From the NCBI GenBank assembly GCA_022827725.1, contig JAJEIJ010000038.1, positions 13,324 through 77,323 on the forward strand: a DNA stretch of 64,000 nt, given 5' to 3'. Both the position numbers and the translations under genes were made by a program. The DNA comes from Acidimicrobiia bacterium (GTDB lineage: Bacteria; Actinomycetota; Acidimicrobiia; Acidimicrobiales; Bin134). The notes beneath the pieces were generated by a model, which made no database searches, was not told the DNA's origin, and saw nothing but the letters and a program-made list of their open reading frames with translations. Positions 57,762 to 64,000 of this stretch are shown piece by piece (the stretch's first letter is position 1; every line of letters begins with the position of its first letter).

Positions 57762-58769
57762 CTAGCCGAACTCGATGGCGGAGAAGCTGTTCAGCTTGTC
57801 CAGTTGGTGGTCGGCAGTAACCAGCCGCACGGTGCCCGACTTCGACCGCATGACCAGCGACTGAGTGCTGGCGTGGTTCTTGTAGTAGTGGACGCCCCTG
57901 AGCAGGTCGCCGTCGGTAATCCCGGTGGCGGCGAAGAAGCAGTTGTCGCCTTGAACCAAGTCGTCGGCGGTGAGCACCTGAGTCACATCCCGACCCAGCT
58001 TCTCCGCCCCCTTGCGCTCCCTGTCGTTGCGGGGCCAGAGCCGGCCCAGTTGTTCACCGCCCATGCACTTGAGGGCGGCCGCAGAGATGACGCCCTCGGG
58101 AGTGCCTCCGATGCCGAACAGTATGTCGGCCCCCGAGTCGGGCCAGGCGGTGGAGATGGCCCCGGCCACGTCGCCGTCGGGGATTAGGCGAATGCGGGCG
58201 CCGGCGTCGCGCACCTCGGCGATCAGCTCCGAGTGGCGGTCGCGGTCCAAGATCACCGCGGTCACATCCCGCACCGGCTCGCTCTTGGCCTCGGCCACCA
58301 GCTCGATGTTGCGAGTAGGGGAGTTGTCCATCGAGATGCCATAGCCCACGCATTCGGGACCGTAGGCGATCTTCTCCATGTAGACGCAGGGTCCGGGGTT
58401 GAACATGGTGCCCCGGTCGGACACCGCGATCACCGACAGGGCGTTCCCCCGGCCCAGCGAGGTCAGGGTGGTGCCGTCGATGGGGTCGACCGCGATGTCG
58501 CATTCGGGAGGCGTGCCGTCGCCGATCAGCTCCCCGTTGAAGAGCATGGGGGCTTCGTCCTTCTCGCCCTCGCCGATCACCACGATCCCGTCCATCGGCA
58601 CGGTCCGCAGCAGCACCCGCATGGCCTCCACCGCGGCGCCGTCGGCCCCCTCCTTGTCGCCCCGACCCATCCATCGGGAAGCGGCCAGAGCGGCAACTTC
58701 GGTCACTCGGACCAACTCCATCGCCAGGTTGCGGTCGGGGGTCTCGGGCGATGCGTTCACGTTGCCCAA
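57762..58769 (-). CDS. glpX: Class II fructose-1,6-bisphosphatase
   Basis: 335 aa with full-length GlpX-like sequence ([18 protein letters not shown]). Confidence 0.92.
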   Translation of the reverse strand: MGNVNASPETPDRNLAMELVRVTEVAALAASRWMGRGDKEGADGAAVEAMRVLLRTVPMDGIVVIGEGEKDEAPMLFNGELIGDGTPPECDIAVDPIDGTTLTSLGRGNALSVIAVSDRGTMFNPGPCVYMEKIAYGPECVGYGISMDNSPTRNIELVAEAKSEPVRDVTAVILDRDRHSELIAEVRDAGARIRLIPDGDVAGAISTAWPDSGADILFGIGGTPEGVISAAALKCMGGEQLGRLWPRNDRERKGAEKLGRDVTQVLTADDLVQGDNCFFAATGITDGDLLRGVHYYKNHASTQSLVMRSKSGTVRLVTADHQLDKLNSFSAIEFG

Positions 58770-58811
58770 CCGTAGTGCTGCGATGCGACCGCTGCCCCGT
58801 TATCTGAGACC

Positions 58812-59627
58812 ATGTTCGGCATGGTTTGGTGCTTTCAATGCGGCGCCCCCTACGACGACGACGTGTCAGAGTGCGCTGAGTGTGGCGTGGCCACGTTTCC
58901 CACCCAGCCCCAGCAGCCCGAAGAGGTGGGTGGGCCAGACGACGAGCAGCTTGCCTACGAGTTTCACGAATGGTCCTACGACGCCCGCAGTCGCTTGGAG
59001 GCAGCGCTGCGAACCCAGGAGTTGGAGCACGCCTGGCTGGGACCGACGTTGATTATGTGTGAGCGCGACGAGGAGGCGGTGGACCAGGCCGTGGAGGCGG
59101 TGCTGCGAGAGCAGCTCCCGAAGCTCGACAAGAGCCTTCCTGCGGTGGTGTACGAGTTGAGAGACTTCGACGATGCCCACAAGGCCAACGTGCTGAGCGA
59201 GCTGTTGTCGGAGGGCATCGCCCACGAAGTGGACTACGCCGGCAACCTGGAGGTGGCCGAAGCCGACGAGGAGGCGGTGGACGCACTGTTCGACCGACTC
59301 TCCAGCGCCGTTTCCGAACGCCAGTTCGGACCGGGCTTGCCCGGGGTGGAGCCCTATCAGGTGCTGGAGGCGTTGTTCTTCTCCGCCGACCGGCTGCGCC
59401 GCAACACGTCCGATTCCAAGGCGGTGGAGGACTTCGCATTGGCTCACGAACAGGTGGTGCAGCTCAGCCTGCCGTGGGGGTACGAGCCTGATTTCTGGCG
59501 GGCAATGCTGGATGCTGCCGACAGTCTGCGAGAGGCCTTGGTGGCCGGACCCGACCCGGTTGAAGGCGATGCCGCGGCCGAGCAGGCCGCAGGCGCCCTG
59601 CGGGAACTGCTGCGCCGGTATATGTGA
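58812..59627 (+). CDS. Hypothetical protein with N-terminal zinc ribbon and two internally repeated acidic domains
   Basis: 271 aa with CFQCGAPYDDDVSECAECG, then two similar ~50-aa units each ending in a DEEAVD-containing helix. Confidence 0.5.
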   Translation: MFGMVWCFQCGAPYDDDVSECAECGVATFPTQPQQPEEVGGPDDEQLAYEFHEWSYDARSRLEAALRTQELEHAWLGPTLIMCERDEEAVDQAVEAVLREQLPKLDKSLPAVVYELRDFDDAHKANVLSELLSEGIAHEVDYAGNLEVAEADEEAVDALFDRLSSAVSERQFGPGLPGVEPYQVLEALFFSADRLRRNTSDSKAVEDFALAHEQVVQLSLPWGYEPDFWRAMLDAADSLREALVAGPDPVEGDAAAEQAAGALRELLRRYM

Positions 59628-59694
59628 TGGCTGGACCGGCGGTGACCCTGCGGGAATTGCTGCGCCGGTATATGTGATGGCTGGACCAGCGGTG
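59596..59694 (+). repeat. 50-bp tandem duplication (2 copies, 2 mismatches) spanning a stop/start gene junction
   Basis: Read directly: copy 1 at 59596-59645, copy 2 at 59646-59694. Confidence 0.9.
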
Positions 59695-60246
59695 GACGGG
59701 TTGGCGCTCTTTCACGGCGCGGGCGGGGATCGCGATCAGCACACATTGGTGGCCATTGCCGAGGGGCTGGCCCCCTTGCCGGTGGAACGGGTCAACTTCC
59801 CCTACCGGAATCAGGGTCGCCGGCCTCCCGATCGAGCCCCCAAGCTGCTGGCCTTCCTCGATGAGGAGGTTCCGGCCATCGCCACACGTCTGGGAACCGA
59901 ACCGGGGCGCCTGGTGCTGGGGGGCCGGTCGATGGGCGGGAGGATGTGCTCCATGGCCGTGGCCGACGGGATGCCCGCCGCGGGCTTAGTGCTGCTGAGC
60001 TATCCGCTGCACCCGCCGAAGAAGCCGGAGAGTCTGCGGACTGGGCATTTTCCGGAAATTGACGTGCCTTGCCTGTTCATCTCGGGTGACCGCGATCCCT
60101 TTGGCAGTCCCGAGGAGTTCGATCAGCATTTGCCCGCCATCAACGGCCCGGTGACTGTCGTGTGGCTAGAAGGTGAGAGCCACGATCCGAGGAAGTCTGA
60201 CGCGATTATCACCGACGCTGTGGCCATCTGGTTGGAGGCGCTCTAG
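59677..60246 (+). CDS. Alpha/beta hydrolase family protein (dienelactone-hydrolase-like)
   Basis: In-frame ATG 59677 (MAGPAVDGLALFHGAGG). Nucleophile elbow GGRSMGGR. YPLHPP and GDRDPFG motifs. Confidence 0.7.
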   Translation: MAGPAVDGLALFHGAGGDRDQHTLVAIAEGLAPLPVERVNFPYRNQGRRPPDRAPKLLAFLDEEVPAIATRLGTEPGRLVLGGRSMGGRMCSMAVADGMPAAGLVLLSYPLHPPKKPESLRTGHFPEIDVPCLFISGDRDPFGSPEEFDQHLPAINGPVTVVWLEGESHDPRKSDAIITDAVAIWLEAL

Positions 60247-61805
60247 GAATCCTCGGGGTTTAGTTCTTCCAGGGAGCGGCGCGTTGTTTCGGGGTAGCAG
60301 AGGAGTACAAGGACGGCGACGAGGATTGGGCCGGCTATGAGGACGGCGAACGCGGTGCCGTAGCCCCAGGCGTCGGCCATGAACCCGGCGGCTGAGAGGC
60401 CGGCGGCACTGCCGGCGACACCGGCTACGCCGAGGAATCCGTTGGACTCCGACCGGCGAATCGTGCCGAACATCTCGGCCCGGTACACCCCCAGCGTCGG
60501 CACAGTAGTGGCGGTCATGAGCGTTCCAATTGCGATCAGAACCCACATGGGCCATCCGGCCAGGGTGAAGTGCCAGAAGGCGAACAGTGCGCCGCCGCTC
60601 ACACCGATGGAGGCGAGGACCCGTCGGCCCCGAAGGTCGGCCAGCTTGCCCGCGATGAGCATGCCCGGTCCCGCCGTCCAGGCGGTGAGCAGGGTGAACA
60701 CCGTGATCTTGGTGGCACTGAAGCCCCGTTCGTCACGCAGGAAGTCGTTTTGCATCTGAGAGGCCGGTGCGGCGAACAGCAGCACGGCAAACGAGGTCAC
60801 AGCCAAAAGCACCAGTCGGAAGCGGTACTGCTGGGGTGGTCGGGTTCGGGGCTGTCGACGGGCAGCTTCGAACCGCTGGGATTCGGGCAACCGGCGGGCC
60901 GCGAACAACACCAGGGGCAGTCCAGCCAGCGCGAGGAGGAAACTGAGTCGCCACGCAGTGTCCCCCAGGTCGGCCAGGGGCACCGACCCGACGGCAATTC
61001 CCGAGCCCAGCCCGGCGGCCAATCCCAGCATGGAGGCCACAAAGGCCCGTGAGCCGGCGGGGGCTTCTTCGAGTGCGAACACAAAGATGAGCAGCGCCAT
61101 GGCGTGGGACAGTCCTCGAGAAATTGCCTGGACCACGGTCAGGGTGGGCAGGTTGGCCACCAGCGATGTCGCCGCTGAGGCCAAGATGGCACCTCCCGCC
61201 GCGTAGAGCAGGGTGCGCCGCCGGCCCTTCCGGTCGGCGAACGCGGCCACTGCCACCGTGATCAGGATGCTGAGCCGGATCAGCGACAGGGCGACGCCCG
61301 CAGCCGACTTGCTCTCTCCGAACTCCTCTCGGGCGAAGGTGATGGTTTGGCCGAGCAGGGTGCCCAAGAATCCGGCGATCACGGCCAGGGTGGCCAGCAA
61401 CGCCACGATCCGGGCCTGTCGGGCGGTAAACCGGTCTGGGGGGTGCCACCAGGGCCACTCCCGTCCTTGGCGGAGGGCACGGCTGAAGGGAATGGTGAAG
61501 AGCACCCACCAAACCGGGATGGCCAGGCGATAGTCGAACTGCTCGGTGATCTCTACCTGATCAGAGCCCACCGGCTCGACGGTGACCGTGCGTTGGTATT
61601 GCGAGACCGGTCCCTCGGCGGCGGAAAAGACGGCGTCGCCCTCAGCGCGTTCCAAGACGATGTCGGTTCGAGGGGACAGCAGGCCGCTGGGGCCGTTCAG
61701 CACGCCATCAGCGGCATCGGTGCTCAGAACGCGACGAGAGATCACTCGGGGCATGGGCTGAGGGCAGCTTACTTTTATTGAGGCTCCGCCCCGCGACCTC
61801 ACCAT
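60243..61805 (-). CDS. MFS transporter with ~130-aa non-MFS N-terminal region
   Basis: 520-aa ORF with about 12 TM helices in the C-terminal 390 aa. The start may be ATG 61754, because the segment between 61755 and 61805 is AT-rich and promoter-like. Confidence 0.7.
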   Translation of the reverse strand: MVRSRGGASIKVSCPQPMPRVISRRVLSTDAADGVLNGPSGLLSPRTDIVLERAEGDAVFSAAEGPVSQYQRTVTVEPVGSDQVEITEQFDYRLAIPVWWVLFTIPFSRALRQGREWPWWHPPDRFTARQARIVALLATLAVIAGFLGTLLGQTITFAREEFGESKSAAGVALSLIRLSILITVAVAAFADRKGRRRTLLYAAGGAILASAATSLVANLPTLTVVQAISRGLSHAMALLIFVFALEEAPAGSRAFVASMLGLAAGLGSGIAVGSVPLADLGDTAWRLSFLLALAGLPLVLFAARRLPESQRFEAARRQPRTRPPQQYRFRLVLLAVTSFAVLLFAAPASQMQNDFLRDERGFSATKITVFTLLTAWTAGPGMLIAGKLADLRGRRVLASIGVSGGALFAFWHFTLAGWPMWVLIAIGTLMTATTVPTLGVYRAEMFGTIRRSESNGFLGVAGVAGSAAGLSAAGFMADAWGYGTAFAVLIAGPILVAVLVLLCYPETTRRSLEELNPEDS

Positions 61806-61843
61806 GACTGTGCTGGCGACGGCGTGGGGACCATACTTGTCGG

Positions 61844-63136
61844 GTGGAGCGAGGCCATCAGGAGGACTTCGATCGGCAGGACCGCATTGAGGTGCGGGCC
61901 AATGGTCCCCTGGAGGGCACAGTGGCCATCGGCGGGGCCAAGAACTCGGTGCTGAAGCTAATGGCCGCCTGCCTGCTCACGGAGGGCACGTTTGTGATCC
62001 GCAATGTGCCCGACATCCACGATGTGGCGGTGATGGCCGACGTGCTGCGGGCCATGGGGGTCTCTGTTGGCCGAGTGGGCGACGCCCTCACCATTGAACG
62101 CCCCGAGGCCATAATCCCCGAGGCGCCCTATGCGCTGACCGAGCAGCTACGAGCTTCCACGGCGGTTTTGGGACCCCTGCTGGCCGGGATCGGGCATGCC
62201 CGGGTGGCCTTGCCCGGAGGAGACGATTTCGGCCCTCGGCCCATCGACATGCACATTGCCGGACTGGAGGCAATCGGCTGTCGGTTCGAGATTTCCGGCG
62301 GGGACGTCTACGCCGCTGCCGACAATCTGGTGGGCAACTCAGTGCTGCTGGAGTATCCCAGCGTGGGAGCCACCGAGAATGTGATGATGGCTGCCGTCCG
62401 GGCCAAGGGAACCACGGTCATCGACAACGCCGCCCGGGAACCGGAGATTGCCGATCTGGCCGGATTCCTGAACCACATGGGCGGCCATGTAATCGGGGCG
62501 GGCACGTCCACCATCACGGTGGAGGGGGTGGAGGAGCTCCGCCCGGTGGAGTACACGGTGGTGAGCGACCGGATCGAGGCGGCCACATTCATGGCTGCTC
62601 TCGGTGTGGCCACCGGCGAGATCACCCTGGTGGGCGCCCGCCTCGACCACATGGCGATACTGTGCCGCAAGCTGGGCGAGATGGGGGTACGGACCTCGTC
62701 TGACCCCGATGGTGTTTGGGCCATGTGCAGCGGTCGCCTCCGTTCCGCCGATGTGTCCACGCTGCCCTATCCCGGCTTGCCCACCGACTGCAAGCCGCTG
62801 CTGGTGGCCATGTTGTCGGTGGCCGAAGGGGTGGGGATCGTCACCGAGAACCTGTTCTCAGGCCGGTTTCGCTATGTGGACGAGCTGGTGCGGATGGGCG
62901 CCGACATCCGCACCGAGGGCCACCACGCGGTGATCCGGGGTGTGGACCGGCTCAGCGGGGCGCCGGTTCGGGCGTCCGACATCCGGGCGGGGGCGGCGCT
63001 GGTGGTGGCTGGACTGGCCGCAGACGGTGTCACCGTGGTGTCCGACCCCCATCACATCGACCGGGGCTACGAGGACTTCGCCGGCAAGCTCAGCGCTCTC
63101 GGCGCTGACGTCTGCCACGAGAGGCCCGGCGATTAG
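61844..63136 (+). CDS. murA: UDP-N-acetylglucosamine 1-carboxyvinyltransferase
   Basis: 430 aa with full-length MurA similarity (GGAKNSVLKLMAA). The active-site loop reads LPGGDDFGPRPID. TAG stop at 63134-63136. Confidence 0.93.
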   Translation: MERGHQEDFDRQDRIEVRANGPLEGTVAIGGAKNSVLKLMAACLLTEGTFVIRNVPDIHDVAVMADVLRAMGVSVGRVGDALTIERPEAIIPEAPYALTEQLRASTAVLGPLLAGIGHARVALPGGDDFGPRPIDMHIAGLEAIGCRFEISGGDVYAAADNLVGNSVLLEYPSVGATENVMMAAVRAKGTTVIDNAAREPEIADLAGFLNHMGGHVIGAGTSTITVEGVEELRPVEYTVVSDRIEAATFMAALGVATGEITLVGARLDHMAILCRKLGEMGVRTSSDPDGVWAMCSGRLRSADVSTLPYPGLPTDCKPLLVAMLSVAEGVGIVTENLFSGRFRYVDELVRMGADIRTEGHHAVIRGVDRLSGAPVRASDIRAGAALVVAGLAADGVTVVSDPHHIDRGYEDFAGKLSALGADVCHERPGD

Positions 63137-63224
63137 CCAGGAACAGCAGGCCGGCCAGCAGAGCCAACGGCGCGGCCACCAAGAGAATCTCGTCCCAGCC
63201 TCCCTGGTGGGCCAGCAGTTCCAC
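63090..63224 (-). CDS. Possible 44-aa single-pass membrane peptide (below the ORF-track length cut-off)
   Basis: Hand translation from GTG 63224: VELLAHQGGWDEILLVAAPLALLAGLLFLANRRASRGRRQRRER*. One TM helix plus a basic tail, with high third-position GC. No clear SD. Overlaps the murA 3' end by 47 nt. Confidence 0.25.
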   Translation of the reverse strand: MELLAHQGGWDEILLVAAPLALLAGLLFLANRRASRGRRQRRER

Positions 63225-63225
63225 A

Positions 63226-63282
63226 ACGTCGATTCTGTCAGGCCACCGGCATTTTCGGGGAACGGGACGTCGATTCTGTCAG
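63226..63282. repeat. 16-bp perfect direct repeat ACGTCGATTCTGTCAG (63226-63241 and 63267-63282)
   Basis: Read directly; period 41 bp. Lies in the intergenic region upstream of the Nfu-like gene. Confidence 0.9.
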
Positions 63283-63337
63283 AGGCTGGACCATTTGGTC
63301 GTGGCGAGGGTTGGCGAACGGGCCGCTTGCTGAGAGA

Positions 63338-63610
63338 ATGGCGGGTATGCAGGAGGCTGTCGCCCAGGTGATCGAGGCCATCCGCCCTGCGGTGCAGGCC
63401 GATGACGGGGACATCTTCTTGCGGGGAGTGGATGAGGAAACCGGAGTGGTCAGTGTGGAGCTAGTGGGCGCATGTGTGAGCTGCCCAGCCTCTACCGTGA
63501 CGCTGAAGGCCGGGGTGGAGCGGATCCTCAAAGACCGGGTGGATGGGGTCACCGAGGTGGTGAACGTGGGCCAGAACCTGCTGAGCGACGGCTCACCGGT
63601 GGGCTTGTAG
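63338..63610 (+). CDS. NifU C-terminal-domain (Nfu-like) Fe-S cluster assembly protein
   Basis: ORF from TTG 63311; ATG 63338 or 63347 is more likely. Motifs: IRPAVQADDGDIFL and the CxxC in GACVSCPAS. Confidence 0.8.
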   Translation: MAGMQEAVAQVIEAIRPAVQADDGDIFLRGVDEETGVVSVELVGACVSCPASTVTLKAGVERILKDRVDGVTEVVNVGQNLLSDGSPVGL

Positions 63611-63630
63611 CGACCGTCGAACCTCGCTTC

Positions 63631-64000
63631 ATGGTCCCTCAGCGAACCGATAACTGGTACGTCAGCTATGGGCTGATTGCCGCCAACGCGGCGGTGTTCA
63701 TCGTCGGCATCGCGATGGGGGACGATCTCCTCGGTGGCGGGGGCGATGGAGACGGTCTGGTTTACCGTGCTGCCACTCTGGGCGGGAACATCGAATACTT
63801 GAACGAGTGGTGGCGGGTGTTCACCGGCGGGTTCTTGCACCATGGCTTCTTCCATCTGGCGGTGAACATGTTCTCGCTCTATGTCCTGGGGCTGGCCTTG
63901 GAGCGGTCGCTGGGAAAGGCCCAGTTCATGGCGGTCTATTTCGCCTCGCTGGTGAGCGGGTCGTTCGGATCGCTGATCGAGACGCCGAATTCGCTGATTG
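63631..64000 (+). CDS. Rhomboid family intramembrane serine protease (5' part; runs off the window)
   Basis: Hand translation from ATG 63631 gives WWRVFTGGFLHHGFFHLAVNMFSLYVLG and GSFGS (catalytic Ser region). No stop before 64000. Confidence 0.8.
   Translation, partial: MVPQRTDNWYVSYGLIAANAAVFIVGIAMGDDLLGGGGDGDGLVYRAATLGGNIEYLNEWWRVFTGGFLHHGFFHLAVNMFSLYVLGLALERSLGKAQFMAVYFASLVSGSFGSLIETPNSLI

Overview
High-GC (about two-thirds G+C on hand-counted lines), densely coding chromosomal segment of actinobacterial type. I call about 60 genes and find no rRNA, CRISPR array, transposase or integrase. From about 26 kb onward the + strand follows the conserved actinobacterial housekeeping array, which I recall from M. 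tuberculosis Rv1292-Rv1315: tRNA-Arg / argS-lysA ... hom-thrC-(thrB position)-rho-rpmE-prfA-prmC-tsaC-like-rpiB-glyA-wecA-like-atpZ/I-atpBEFHAGDC ... glpX ... murA. The first 26 kb carries etfBA, a translationally coupled phosphomutase/DUF3090/kinase-like trio of unknown function, a family-5-type uracil-DNA glycosylase and an FrhB-like Fe-S protein. It also carries an NfeD-flotillin pair, two very large fused ABC transporters with an anchored binding protein, a BVMO/SnoaL/Rieske/TetR cluster and a lower-GC lipoprotein islet next to tRNA-Arg. The best candidate for an unusual system is a 6.3-kb minus-strand block (29150-35489) wedged between lysA and hom. It encodes a 1393-aa FtsK/SpoIIIE EccC/EssC-like ATPase with an N-terminal ubiquitin-like + FHA module and only one intact Walker A. 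With it are one WXG100 protein, an embedded amidohydrolase and a 120-aa helical WXG-like protein, and two AT-rich palindrome-bearing islands lie in the block. No other recognisable type VII membrane components are in the window. Other points worth a second look: an in-frame TAG at the conserved Gln codon of glyA, and a phosphoglycerate-mutase-like gene at the thrB position. The ATP synthase has a truncated epsilon, a C-terminally extended alpha and an N-terminally extended b subunit. MurA has Asp at the fosfomycin-target Cys position. Several short tandem duplications sit exactly on gene starts or junctions and create mini-uORFs. All functional calls rest on motif recognition by eye; no database search was run.
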